Below, piece after piece: positions 10,708-21,500 of a stretch of 64,000 bases of DNA (positions within the stretch are counted from its first letter, which is position 1; each line of letters begins with the position of its first letter). Source of the DNA: Alphaproteobacteria bacterium (lineage in GTDB: Bacteria; Pseudomonadota; Alphaproteobacteria; UBA828); the NCBI GenBank assembly GCA_965248825.1, contig CBDFKL010000006.1, positions 618,667 to 682,666 on the forward strand, written 5' to 3'. The position numbers and the translations under genes are program-made. The notes beneath the pieces were generated by a model. The model saw only the letters and a list, made by a program, of their open reading frames with translations. It was not told the origin of the DNA and did no database searches.

Positions 10708-10978
10708 CTGGCCCGCAATTCTCACCAGGGTCATGGTCTGCGCGGCGCTGTCCGGCCGACAGGGCAGGAAAGCCGCGCAGCGCGATGTGGGGCATCGGGC
10801 AAACGGCTTGACGCACCCTGTCGGCCGGACAGCGCCGCCCTTCGGGTCGCGTCCAGGCGCCCGCCCGTGTCGTCGCGGGCCTCAACCGTATTCCCTGATA
10901 CGCTTTTCGGCCCGCTCCTAGCGGATCGAACGCCTGGACGCGACGCAGGCCGTGACCCTGGTGAGAAATGCGGGCTAG
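10708..10978. mobile_element. 271-bp MITE-like palindromic element, copy 1
   Basis: Terminal inverted repeats CT(G)GCCCGCA(A)TTCTCACCAGGGTCA...TGACCCTGGTGAGAAATGCGGGCTAG; 12 differences from copy 2 by manual alignment. Confidence 0.85.
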
Positions 10979-12369
10979 CCGGCCGCCGATAGCGGCTCCG
11001 GGAATGCCACGATGACGCGCAAGCCCCCCAACGGGCTCTCGTCAAGGGTCAGCGCCGCCTGGTGGAGCGACGCGACGCCGGCGACCAGGCTCAACCCGAG
11101 TCCGCTGCCGTCGGTGGTGCGGCTCGCGTCGAGGCGAACGAAGCGCTGCAGCACGCGCTCCCGATCGGCCGGCGAAATCCCCGGCCCCGAATCATCGACC
11201 GTCAGGCACGGGGCTCCGGACGGGGCGCCCGTGAGCGTGACGGCGATGCGACCCTCGCCCGTGTATCTCAGCGCGTTGTCGAGCAGATTGGCGACGAGCT
11301 GCGAGAGGAACTGGGTGTGACCGATCACGGTGACGTCCTCGTCAAGCGCGGCCTCGAGCGTCAACCCCTTCTCTTCTGCGAGCGGCCCGTAGAGCTCGAC
11401 GATATCGGCGACCACGGCACGGAGATCGACCCGGCTCATGGCGATCCGGCCCTTGCCGGATTCGGCGCGGGCGATCTCCATCAGCACCGTGAAGGTGCTG
11501 ATGATGCCGTCAGTCTCGGCGATCGCCTGCTCGAGGGCGGCGCGATAGCCGCGTGCGTCCGACGGGCTCTCGAGCAATGCAAGCTCCATCCGCGACTTGA
11601 GTCGGGTGAGTGGGCTGCGCAAATCATGGGCGACGCTGTCGGTCACCGTACGCAGCCCGGTCATGAGTTTCTCGATCTCGTCGAGCATCTCATTGACCGT
11701 GGTCGAGAGCCGGTCGAACTCGTCTCCGACCTCGGTGACCGGCAGGCGCCGCGAGAGATCGCCCCTGACGATGCGCTGGCCGGTCTCACGCACGGCATCG
11801 ACCCGGCGCAGCATCTTGCGGCTGATGAAAACGCCGCCGAGAAGGCCGAGGATCAAGGTGATCCCGAGCGCGCCGCCGAGGGATTCGAGAATCAGCCCTT
11901 CAAAATCCGTTCGACCGCGGGGGTCGCGCCCGATGAGCAGGTGGAACTCGCCCCGAAGCACGAAGACGCGGGCGCGGATGTCACGCGCGGCGGCTCCTTC
12001 CTCGCCCACCCGCCTCGCCGAGATGTCGACCCAGGCGCTTTCCGGCGCCCGCGCCTCGCGCGGCCAAGCGCCGAGATTGCCGGCGAGCGGTCGAAACCTC
12101 GGATCGGTCAGGAGATAGACGCTGTCCGGATCGCCGTAGGGGCCGCTTCGCTCCTCGATGACGGCGACCAGCCGACGCAAGCCGCGTGCCCGATATTGCT
12201 CGGCGAGGCCCCTGATCTCGGCCTCGATCGTGGCGGTCGTCTGCCGATCGATGACCCGCACCGTGGTCCAGTAAATGAACGCGAGCAGCACCAGGACGGA
12301 AGCGCCGAAGAGGCCGACATAGAGCAGGGACAGCCGGAACGTCGATGTCCGGAGCAGCCTAGCCCGCAT
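10975..12369 (-). CDS. Sensor histidine kinase (2 TM, HAMP, HisKA, HATPase)
   Basis: VAHDLRSPLTRL H-box, NLLDNALRY N-box, DDSGPGI, GSGLGLS. Confidence 0.95.
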   Translation of the reverse strand: MRARLLRTSTFRLSLLYVGLFGASVLVLLAFIYWTTVRVIDRQTTATIEAEIRGLAEQYRARGLRRLVAVIEERSGPYGDPDSVYLLTDPRFRPLAGNLGAWPREARAPESAWVDISARRVGEEGAAARDIRARVFVLRGEFHLLIGRDPRGRTDFEGLILESLGGALGITLILGLLGGVFISRKMLRRVDAVRETGQRIVRGDLSRRLPVTEVGDEFDRLSTTVNEMLDEIEKLMTGLRTVTDSVAHDLRSPLTRLKSRMELALLESPSDARGYRAALEQAIAETDGIISTFTVLMEIARAESGKGRIAMSRVDLRAVVADIVELYGPLAEEKGLTLEAALDEDVTVIGHTQFLSQLVANLLDNALRYTGEGRIAVTLTGAPSGAPCLTVDDSGPGISPADRERVLQRFVRLDASRTTDGSGLGLSLVAGVASLHQAALTLDESPLGGLRVIVAFPEPLSAAG

Positions 12370-12629
12370 TTCTCACCAGGGTCATGGTCTGCGCGGCGCT
12401 ATCCGGCCTACAGGGCAGGAAAGCCGCGCAGCGCGATGTGGGGCATCGGGCAAGCGGCTTGACGTACCCTGTCGGCCGGACAGCGCCGCCCTTCGGGTCG
12501 CGTCCAGGCGCCCGCCCGCGTCGTCGCGGGCCTCAACCGTAGGCACCGCTACGCTTTTCGGCCCGCTCCTAGCGGATCGAACGCCTGGACGCGACGCAGG
12601 CCGTGACCCTGGTGAGAAATGCGGGCTAG
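12359..12629. mobile_element. 271-bp MITE-like palindromic element, copy 2
   Basis: Perfect 26-bp TIR CTAGCCCGCATTTCTCACCAGGGTCA, internal hairpins, same orientation as copy 1. Confidence 0.88.
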
Positions 12630-13300
12630 CCCGCACGAAGGCAATACCCGACGCCGCGCACGGTGTGAATCAACGGCTTATCGAAGCCCCTGTCGATCTT
12701 CCGGCGGAGCCGGCTTACATGAACGTCGATCACGTTGGTCTGCGGATCGAAGTGATAGCCCCAGACCTGCTCGAGCAGCATGGTACGGGTCACGACTTGG
12801 CCGGCATGGCGCATGAAATAGGCCAGGAGATTGAACTCGCGCGGCTGCAGCGTGACGTCGCGGCCGGCGCGCCTCACCACGCGGGACAGCAGGTCCATCT
12901 CGAGATCATCGAGGCATAGGCGCGTCTCACCGCCGTCGATCCCGGCGCGGCGAAGCAGGGCCTCCAGCCGCGCCAACAGCTCGGAGAACGCGAACGGCTT
13001 GGTGAGGTAGTCGTCGCCGCCGGCCCGGAGACCGCGCACCCGGTCATCCACTTGGCCGAGCGCGCTGAGAATGAGCACCGGCGTCTGCCGCCCCTTGCGG
13101 CGCATGGTCTCGATCAGCGCGAGCCCATCGAGGCCCGGCAGCATGCGATCGACCACCGCGACGTCGAACTGGTAGTCCAACGCGAAACCGAGGCCCTCCT
13201 GCCCGTCATGGACGAGCTCGACCACGTGGCCGCTTTCGGTCAGGCCCTTGCCCAGATAGCGGGCCGTTTCGATATCGTCCTCGATGACCAGAACGTGCAT
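12626..13300 (-). CDS. OmpR-family response regulator
   Basis: VIEDD, VVDRMLPG, DDYLTKPF receiver; TNVIDVHVSRLRRKID...IHTVRGVGY winged helix. Confidence 0.96.
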   Translation of the reverse strand: MHVLVIEDDIETARYLGKGLTESGHVVELVHDGQEGLGFALDYQFDVAVVDRMLPGLDGLALIETMRRKGRQTPVLILSALGQVDDRVRGLRAGGDDYLTKPFAFSELLARLEALLRRAGIDGGETRLCLDDLEMDLLSRVVRRAGRDVTLQPREFNLLAYFMRHAGQVVTRTMLLEQVWGYHFDPQTNVIDVHVSRLRRKIDRGFDKPLIHTVRGVGYCLRAG

Positions 13301-13349
13301 GGCTCCAACCTTGGCGAACCGGCCGGTGCTTTCAAGGGGTCGGGCGTGC

Positions 13350-14207
13350 TCATTTGCGGCGCACGCCCGGTGGGGCGTCGTAAAGCGCGAGGCGGACGGC
13401 GCGCCACGCCGCCTCCAGCCCGCGGCGAAGCGCCGTGCCGTCCTCGGCCAAGAGACGCGCGATCACCCCGCTCTCGTTCGGGAGCGCCGAAGCGCCGCCA
13501 TAAACCGCGCCTGCGCTCGCCACCGCCTCACGGAGGGCTTCGCGGAGCGCGGCTCGTGCGGCACCTCGATGGGCGACGACGAAACTCCCCTGCGCGGGCC
13601 AGGGCGCGACTTGACTCCCGCCAATGGCGAAGCGATCGCCCGACACAATGTAACGTTCGAGCGCGAGCAGCCGACCCGCGGGATCCCTGATTCGCATTTC
13701 CGCCTGAAACCGTTCGAACCGGCGGTCTTCGCCGCCGGGGTCGTGATGGGTGAAGCTCTCGGACGCGACCACGGTGGCACCGGGGGCGGCGGTGATGTCC
13801 AACACCGAGACCAGCCGAGCGCCCGGAAACATGATCAGCGGGTCCGGGAGGTATTCGAGCAGCGCGCCGTCGGCTGCCTCGAGCGCCACCCTCTGCCGCG
13901 CCTCGGCCGCCGGCATGCGGTGGACGATCGTCGCCGCTTGGGTGGTCACATGGGCCGCGCTCCGCGGCTCGGCGACACAGATCATATGGAGATCGTCGCC
14001 CTGGTAGACTCCGCCCGACACGGACTGGAGATAGAGCGTCAGCGCCCCGGCGGGCTCGCGATCCAGGTAGAACGGCCGCGTGATGTGAAACGGGTAGCCG
14101 ACCCGCTGGCGAGAGATATAGCTCTGCCCGTCGGGTGCGCGCGCAAATCGGAGCGCCGCCTGAGGCTCGACATTGTGTCGGGCGGCGGCAGGAGCGGGCA
14201 CGGGCAC
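13350..14207 (-). CDS. ureD: Urease accessory protein UreD/UreH
   Basis: YPFHITRPF, LQSVSGGVYQGD, TTQAATIVH, LEYLPDPLIMFPGA, terminal RRK; GTG start estimated. Confidence 0.85.
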   Translation of the reverse strand: MPVPAPAAARHNVEPQAALRFARAPDGQSYISRQRVGYPFHITRPFYLDREPAGALTLYLQSVSGGVYQGDDLHMICVAEPRSAAHVTTQAATIVHRMPAAEARQRVALEAADGALLEYLPDPLIMFPGARLVSVLDITAAPGATVVASESFTHHDPGGEDRRFERFQAEMRIRDPAGRLLALERYIVSGDRFAIGGSQVAPWPAQGSFVVAHRGAARAALREALREAVASAGAVYGGASALPNESGVIARLLAEDGTALRRGLEAAWRAVRLALYDAPPGVRRK

Positions 14208-14218
14208 GCGGGCAGCGG

Positions 14219-15928
14219 TCAGCGCAATAGATAGTGTTGGCCGAGCGTGATCCTGTCGATCGGGTCGCAGGTCGCGAGCTCGCCGTCGACGAAGACCTCG
14301 AAGGTCTGAGAATCGACCCGGATGTCGGGGCACGCGTCGTTGTGCAGCATGTCCTTCTTGGTGAGCTTGGTGAAGCTCCCGATCGGCAGGATCGGCTTGG
14401 CGAGGCCGAGGCGCCCGGACACGTCGATATCGAGCGCCCGGCGGTGCGCAAAGGTCGCGCTCAGGGTCTGCGGCGCGCGCCCGTGATAGCCGAACTGAGG
14501 CCGCATCACCACGGGCTCGGTCTGGAAATAGCTTCCCGACGGATCGCCGCTCGCGCCCCAGGCGACGAAGCCGCCCTTGATCACGCCGAACGGCTTGATG
14601 CCGAAGAAGGCCGGGCGCCAGGTCACGAGGTCGGCCATCTTGCCCGGCTCCAGCGAGCCCACATAGCGATCGATCCCGAAGGCGATCGCCGGGTTGATGG
14701 TGTATTTCGCGAGGTAACGCTTGATCCGCTCGTTGTCGGCGTCCTTGGTCTTCTCTTCCGTGAGGCGCCCGCGTTGATCGCGCATCTTGCTCGCGAGCTG
14801 CCAGCACCGCGTGATGACCTCGTTGATCCGCCCCATGCCCTGGCTGTCCGAGCCGAACATGGCGACTGCGCCGATGTCATGCAGCACGTCCTCCGCTGCG
14901 ATCGTCCCGTGGCGCACCCGGCTCTCGGCGAAGGCCACATCTTCCGGAAGGTCGTAGCGCAGCAGGTGACAGGCCATGGTCATATCGAGCTGCTCGTCGA
15001 AGACATTGACCGTGTAGGGGTTGGTCGGATTGGTCGACGACGGCAGGCAATGGGGCTCGCCGTTGCACCGGATGATGTCCGGCGCGTGACCGCCGCCTGA
15101 GCCTTCGGTGTGATACATGTGGATCGTGCGGCCCGCGATCGCCGCCATCGTGTCCTCGTAAAATCCCGATTCGTTCAGCGTGTCGGTGTGGATCTGGACC
15201 GGGAAGTCGTGTTCGGCGGAGGCCCTGAGGCACGCATCGATCGTGGCCGGCATCGCGCCGTAATCCTCATGGATCTTGACGCCGATGATGGCACCGTCGA
15301 GGTGCTCGGCGATGGTCGCCGGATCATGCGATGAACCGCGGCCGAAGAAGCCGAAGTTGATCGGCCATTCCTCCGAGGCTTCGAGCATGCGGTATGTGTT
15401 CCACGGCCCGCCGCAATCGATCGCGAAGAGCGGCCCCATGGTGCCGCCGATCATGGTGGTGAGGCCGCTGGCGAGCGCATGTTCGCACTGGCCCGCCGAC
15501 ATCCAATGCACATGGACGTCGATCCCTCCCGGGGTGACGATCAGGCCGCCGGCCGGGTAGTAGGTGGTATTGGGACCGCAGACCAGATCGGCGTCCACCC
15601 CGTCTTGGGTATTGGGGTTGCCGGCCTTGCCGACGCCCGCGATCTTGCCGTCCTTGATCCCGATATCGGCTTTCACCAAGCCCAGAACCGGATCGATGAT
15701 GGTCGCGTTCTCGACCAGCATGTCGAGCGCGCCATCGGCGCTGGAGGTATGGGCGTCGTAGGACATGCCGTCGCGCATCACGCGGCCGGCGCCGGTCCAG
15801 CACTCATCTCCATAGCTGGTGTAGTCGTGCTCGATCTCGCCGACGAGGGCGGTGTCCCCGAGCCGAATCTTGTCACCCTTGGTGGGCCCGTAATAACGGG
15901 CATAGGTCTCGCGCGCGATCTTCACCAT
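14219..15928 (-). CDS. ureC: Divergent urease alpha-subunit homologue
   Basis: [66 protein letters not shown]; substrate-pocket motifs altered. Confidence 0.92.
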   Translation of the reverse strand: MVKIARETYARYYGPTKGDKIRLGDTALVGEIEHDYTSYGDECWTGAGRVMRDGMSYDAHTSSADGALDMLVENATIIDPVLGLVKADIGIKDGKIAGVGKAGNPNTQDGVDADLVCGPNTTYYPAGGLIVTPGGIDVHVHWMSAGQCEHALASGLTTMIGGTMGPLFAIDCGGPWNTYRMLEASEEWPINFGFFGRGSSHDPATIAEHLDGAIIGVKIHEDYGAMPATIDACLRASAEHDFPVQIHTDTLNESGFYEDTMAAIAGRTIHMYHTEGSGGGHAPDIIRCNGEPHCLPSSTNPTNPYTVNVFDEQLDMTMACHLLRYDLPEDVAFAESRVRHGTIAAEDVLHDIGAVAMFGSDSQGMGRINEVITRCWQLASKMRDQRGRLTEEKTKDADNERIKRYLAKYTINPAIAFGIDRYVGSLEPGKMADLVTWRPAFFGIKPFGVIKGGFVAWGASGDPSGSYFQTEPVVMRPQFGYHGRAPQTLSATFAHRRALDIDVSGRLGLAKPILPIGSFTKLTKKDMLHNDACPDIRVDSQTFEVFVDGELATCDPIDRITLGQHYLLR

Positions 15929-15932
15929 GGTC

Positions 15933-16628
15933 TTACGCTCCCCGGAAGCCGCGCGCCTTCGCGCGGGCTATCGCCTGCTCTCTGACCGCCGGAGAGTCGA
16001 TCATGCCCTCCGTGAGACTGTTGAACCCGGTAACCCGGCCACGGCCGCCGATTTTCACCAGCGCCACGTCCTTTTTCTGGCCCGGCTCGAAGCGGACGGC
16101 GGTGCCCGACGGGATATCGAGGCGCATGCCGAAGCTCTCGGCTCGATCGAACTCGAGCGCCCGGTTGATCTCGAAGAAGTGGAAGTGGCTGCCCACCTGG
16201 ACCGGGCGGTCGCCGGTGTTGGTGACCGAGGCACGCGCGGTCCTGCGCCCCGCGTTCAGCTCGATCTCACCCGCCGGCGTGATGATCTCGCCGGCGCGGC
16301 GTCCGGCCGCGGCCTTCTTCTTGCCGGGGCGGATCGGCTGGTGGACGGTGATCAGCTTTGCGCCGTCCGGGAACATGGCCTCGACATGAAGCACCGGAAG
16401 CAGCTCGACCACGCCGGGCATGACATCGTCCGAGCTCAGGATCTCCGCCCCATAGCCCATGAGGTCCTTGAGCGAGCGGCCTTCGCGGGCGGACATGAGT
16501 AGCTCGTCGCAGATATAGGCGATCGCCTCGGGATGGCTGAGCTTGATGCCGCGGCGCTTGTGCTCGCGCGCAAGCTGCGCAGCCATGAAGATGTTGAGCC
16601 GTTCCAGCTCCGTCGGGGTGAGGTTCAT
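15933..16628 (-). CDS. ureAB: Fused urease gamma/beta subunit
   Basis: MNLTPTE...KLSHPEA...[17 protein letters not shown] (gamma), then [19 protein letters not shown]...[15 protein letters not shown] (beta). Confidence 0.92.
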   Translation of the reverse strand: MNLTPTELERLNIFMAAQLAREHKRRGIKLSHPEAIAYICDELLMSAREGRSLKDLMGYGAEILSSDDVMPGVVELLPVLHVEAMFPDGAKLITVHQPIRPGKKKAAAGRRAGEIITPAGEIELNAGRRTARASVTNTGDRPVQVGSHFHFFEINRALEFDRAESFGMRLDIPSGTAVRFEPGQKKDVALVKIGGRGRVTGFNSLTEGMIDSPAVREQAIARAKARGFRGA

Positions 16629-16773
16629 CGGCCGTCGTCTCCCCTTCTGTCGCACGCCCGGATGACGAGCACGAGCACCTAGCGTAATCGCCGGAGGCCG
16701 AGGAAAACAGCCGAATTTGCCGCGTGGAGCCGGTGGCATAGACTCGCGGTGAGATGGACAAGGAGCAGAGCCG

Positions 16774-17787
16774 ATGGCAGTGAGGGCGAATCGCCAAATC
16801 GTTCTGGCCGCGAGACCCGCAGGTCCGCCCAAGGAGACGGACTTCAGGCTGATCGAGCAGCCGATCCCGGCGCCGGAGCCCGGCGAGCTTTTGGTGAGAA
16901 CGATCTGGCTCTCGCTCGATCCCTACATACGGCTCAGGATCGGCTCGGACGAGCAGTATTATCCCGCCGTCCCGATCGGCGCGGTGGTGGTCGGCGGCGC
17001 GGTCAGCCGGGTCGTGGAGAGCCGGCACCCCGGCTTCGCGCCGGGCGACATCGTGGACGACTATACGGGCTGGCAGGACTACGCCATCGCCAAGGGCGCA
17101 AGCGCACGCAAGGTCGACCCGGCCCTCGGCCCGCTCTCCACGGCCGTCGGCATTCTCGGCATGCCCGGCCTCACGGCCTATCTCGGTCTGATCAAGGTCG
17201 GCCGGCCCGCCCCCGGCGACACGGTGGTGGTCGCGGCGGCGGCCGGCGCGGTCGGCGCCGTGGTCGGCCAGGTCGCGAAGATTGCCGGTTGCCGGGCGGT
17301 CGGTATCGCGGGCTCGGCGGACAAGCTGCGCCATCTCACCGGCGAGCTCGGTTTCGACGCCGCCATCGACCGCAAGACCGCGGATCTCGGGAGCGCCCTC
17401 GCCGAGGCCTGCCCCGACGGGATCGACGTCTATTTCGAGAATGTCGGCGGGCCGATCGGTGACGCCGTCTATCCGCATCTCGCCCACGGCGCCCGCGTCG
17501 TGATCTGTGGCGGAATCTCCCACTACAACGCGACCGAGCGGCAACAGGTCAACAGCCACCTCGCCAACATCCTGTTCACCGAAGCGCAGGTGCGCGGCTT
17601 CAACATCTTTTCCTACGCGGCGGATTACGAGCAGGCGCGCAAACGGCTCGCGCATTGGCTCAAGGAGGGGCGGCTCGCATTCCGGGAGGATATCGTCGAT
17701 GGTCTGGAAAACGCACCGGCCGCGTTTCAGCGTCTCTTCGACGGCCGCAATTTCGGCAAGCTTCTCATAAGAGTCTCCGCGGAATAG
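16774..17787 (+). CDS. NADP-dependent oxidoreductase (CurA/YncB, prostaglandin-reductase-like MDR)
   Basis: [39 protein letters not shown]. Confidence 0.92.
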   Translation: MAVRANRQIVLAARPAGPPKETDFRLIEQPIPAPEPGELLVRTIWLSLDPYIRLRIGSDEQYYPAVPIGAVVVGGAVSRVVESRHPGFAPGDIVDDYTGWQDYAIAKGASARKVDPALGPLSTAVGILGMPGLTAYLGLIKVGRPAPGDTVVVAAAAGAVGAVVGQVAKIAGCRAVGIAGSADKLRHLTGELGFDAAIDRKTADLGSALAEACPDGIDVYFENVGGPIGDAVYPHLAHGARVVICGGISHYNATERQQVNSHLANILFTEAQVRGFNIFSYAADYEQARKRLAHWLKEGRLAFREDIVDGLENAPAAFQRLFDGRNFGKLLIRVSAE

Positions 17788-17863
17788 CATCGACGAGCCG
17801 ATGAAATCCTTCACCGGCTCGTCGGGACCATGACCGGCCGCGCGCGGTGCGCGCGGCAAGATC

Positions 17864-18538
17864 CTATTCGTGCCCGTGGACGTGACGCGCGCCGACACGG
17901 ATGCAAACCGGCACCGGACGATCGACATCCGGGTCCGGCGGCGAGGCGAGCAAGTCCTCCACCTCCTCGAGCACGAGCCCGGTAATATACGGAATCGGCA
18001 GCTCGTAGGACTCGGCAAGCGGTACCCACCTCAGGTCGAGCAGCTCGCCATTGCCGCCGAGCGTGCCGACCATGTCGGTCGACCGGGCCAGGAAGAAGCG
18101 CGCATTGAAGCGCCGCGGCAGCCCCGGCGGCGTGACCGCCCGGTAGATGTAATCGAGCCGGTCGAACGCCGGCGCCAGTCCCGCCGCGTGGAACGGCCGC
18201 CACCCCGGCCGAACCGGGCCGATATCCGGCGGCTCCCGCAGGCCAAGCATGAGCCCGGTCTCCTCGAAGGTTTCGCGCACCGCGGCAGCGGCGAGCGAGC
18301 GGGCCCGCGACGGCGTCGCCGAGCGCGCGAGGCGCGCGGCCACCGCCGGCCTGAGCTCCGTCGCCGGCCGAACCCAGCGATCACAGGCCTCAACGCCGCC
18401 GCCCGGAAACACATAGCTGTCGGGCATGAATACCTGACGTGGCGGGCGCCGGCCCATCAGGACTTCGGGGCCGGCCGCGCCGTCACGCAACAGCACCAGC
18501 GTGGCGGCGTCCTTAGGCCTCCGGCTGCGGCGCTTCAC
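17864..18538 (-). CDS. NUDIX hydrolase
   Basis: RPKDAATL, FMPDSYVFPGG, AAVRETFEETG, TPPGLPRRFNARFF. Confidence 0.9.
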   Translation of the reverse strand: MKRRSRRPKDAATLVLLRDGAAGPEVLMGRRPPRQVFMPDSYVFPGGGVEACDRWVRPATELRPAVAARLARSATPSRARSLAAAAVRETFEETGLMLGLREPPDIGPVRPGWRPFHAAGLAPAFDRLDYIYRAVTPPGLPRRFNARFFLARSTDMVGTLGGNGELLDLRWVPLAESYELPIPYITGLVLEEVEDLLASPPDPDVDRPVPVCIRVGARHVHGHE

Positions 18539-18594
18539 GTCTTGTCACTGCCCGGCCGGTGGCGCGGCGCACCAGTCCGGATCCGCCATCGCTC

Positions 18595-21500
18595 TCAAGC
18601 GATTCCCATCTGCCGAAGCATCGCACGGCAGAGCACGCTGTTCGGCTCCCTGTACTCTTCGAGCACCGTGAAGTGATTGTGGCCGGGTAGATCGACATAG
18701 TGACCTTGAAGGCCGCTTCCGGTCCACGCGGCGAGGTAGGCCTCGGATTGCCGGTGAAACTCCGCAGACTCCTCGCCGCCGAGCGTGACGATCAGCGGCG
18801 ACGCTTGGTCCGGCAGGTGTCGAATGGGACTCATCCGATCGACCTCTTCGGGGGTCAAGCGGAGCGTGGGCTGCAACCAGGAATGCATGAAGGGCTCCAG
18901 GTCGAAGAGGCCGCTGATCGCGGTGCCCCCTTTCACGAGATCGGGCGGCAGTCCGTAATCGCCGGCCCAATCGGTCGCGAGGAGCATTGCCGTCAGATGG
19001 CCGCCTGCCGAATGTCCCGAGACGTAGAGCCGGCTTCGGTTGCCTCCAAACGTCGCGGCATTGCGATAGACCCATGCGGCCGCGGCGCGGTTTTGCCGGA
19101 CGATCTCCGTGATGGTGACGCTCGGGCAGAGCGCATAGTTGTTGATCACGACCGTCACGCCCGCCGACACCAGGCCCTCCGCCACGAAGCTGAACTCCCT
19201 GCTGCTCAGCGAATGCCAATAACCGCCATGGATGAACATGTGGATCGGCGCATCCGGCCGAGCCGCGGGATAGATGTCGAGGGTCTCGGCGTTGGTCGGC
19301 CCAAACTGAACATCGAGCCGGGGCCCGAGCTGCTTCCGGACACGGGCGCTATTGGAGAGGAAGCTGTCCACATAGCGGCCAAAATCGGGCACGGCGCGTT
19401 CTGCATCATATTGCTCGTCGATCTCGGCCTGCGTGCGGAACGAGTGATAGAGGTAAGGACCGACCGGCGGACCTGATCGCGCGTGTACCGGCGCAGCCGG
19501 CGCGCCGGCGCGCACCGCCATCGGCTTGGACGGCCGCCGGAGAGGCCGCCCCTCGCCCGAGAAAGCCGGCAGCCAACGGCTCAGTCTTTGCCCGACCGAG
19601 CCGGTCGTCATGTCCGAAGACCTTCGCCGCCTCGGCGCTCCGTGTCGCTGACGGCGCCGAGAGCGCGCGGCGGCGCGTGCCGCCGCTTTCTCGCTCGCGT
19701 GGAACTCGACCACCGCCGCGCCGCCGCCATAGGTCGGGCCATAAGCGTGGACCGTCGCGCTGTGAAAGCGGCCTCCCATGGCGCCGAGCACCCAGGCGAA
19801 ATGCTTGAAGCCCATGTCGGCGCGGGCATCCCGGACATAGTCGGGCATCAGCGATTTCAGCGACGCGGCGTCGCCCGTGACCATCATGTCAAGAACCCGC
19901 CGGTTCCATTCATCCTCGGCGGCGCTCGCGATGTGATCATCGGCCGGGTCGATTTCTCGACGGAAGCTGGAGCCCGATAGTCCTCCCACGCCGATCACGG
20001 CCACGCGGCGGCCCAGACGGATCGCCTGGTTTGCGGCCATCTCCCCGAGCTTCGAGGTTCGCTCCCAGTCGTGATAGATATTGTTGGCCGCCATCACCAC
20101 CGGCCATGCGCCGCCGGCATTCAGAAACCGGTTGGCAACGAGGCTGCCGGTGTCGATCGGGAACCCGTCGTAATTGACGCCGCGCGCCTTGACCCCGATG
20201 GAACGGCTGGCGGCGATGCAGGCGTCTGCGAGCTCGGTATCGATCTCGATGTCGTAGTCGATCTCGCCAAGCTCGTGCCAATTCTCGTCGACATGGACGC
20301 CGCGGATCCGCGGCCGCGCTTGCCAAAGCTGGTCGAGAACCGCGAGCCATTGGGTTGAGTAGATGAGGAGGACGTCGGGGTTGGCCGCGCGCAGGGCGGC
20401 CGCGGCTTCCTCCAACCCTTCCGCAATGTCGGCCCAGGGCGGCGCGTCTCGCGCGAGCAGCGGCAAGGGGCTCCCGGGAACGAGCAAGGCGGCGACGACG
20501 GCCGGCGCTTCGTCTCGCCGCCGTCGGAAGAACAGCGCGCGTTGAAATCGATCGCCGACGCCGAGCGCCTCGAGGAGTTCATTGCGGCCTTTGTCCGAAT
20601 CGTCGAGATGCCGAAGTGCGTTGACGATGCCCATAAAGCCGCGCGGCAACACGAAAATAATCACGATCGCGGCGATTCCCAAAACCAACAGCGGATATTC
20701 GGTGAACCCCGAAAGCACGCGATCGACACCGACGAATATGGCGGCGCCGACGATCGGGCCGGCCAACGTGCCCATGCCGCCCGCGACCACGATGAATACG
20801 AAATAGGCCGACCAGAAAATCGTGAACGCTGCAGGCGGCGTGATGATCACCGCGTCGATGTAGAACAGGCCCGCTGCGAGACCGCTGAGGCCGCCGGCGA
20901 CGATAAAAACCAGCAGCTTCACCTTGCGGATGTCGATGCCCACGGTCTGCGCCGCTTCTTCGTTGTCGCGCACCGCGGTAAGCGCAAGCCCGTAGCGGCT
21001 CTTGAGGAGCCGCGAGATCACCACCGTCGCAAAGATGAGGAGACCGAGGCCTGCGTAGTACATCTCGATCTGCGTGGCGTCGGTTTTAATCTGCATACCG
21101 CCGCCGGCGCCGACCACCTTCCACTCATTGAAGACCGAACCGACCGCGGCCGCGATCAGCCAGCTTGCGACCGCGAAATAGGCGCCCTGAAGGCGCAAGA
21201 GGGGCAAAGCTCCGAGAAAGATGAGCAGCAGGATGATGACGCGGCGGATGTAGACCTCACCGAAGATGTCGGCTTCGGGGAAGTAGATCAGCGCCACCTC
21301 ATAGCCGGCCCACAACACGCCCGCCGCCGCCACGGGCTTCCAAACCCCGACACCGGTCAAGCTCTCCCGCACCGGTACGGCGAGAAGAAATGCGAACGCC
21401 GCCGTGACAATCCCGGAAATCGGCAACGCCAGCCATACGTTGACGCCCCCATAGTAGAACATGATCGCGAGGGCAAAGCCGCCGATGCCGATATAAACCT

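Noticed and set aside
10708-12629. Repeat pair as a CRISPR array, riboswitch or assembly duplication
   Set aside because: There are only two long units with TIRs, no spacers and no cas genes. Twelve differences including a compensatory pair argue against an assembly artefact.
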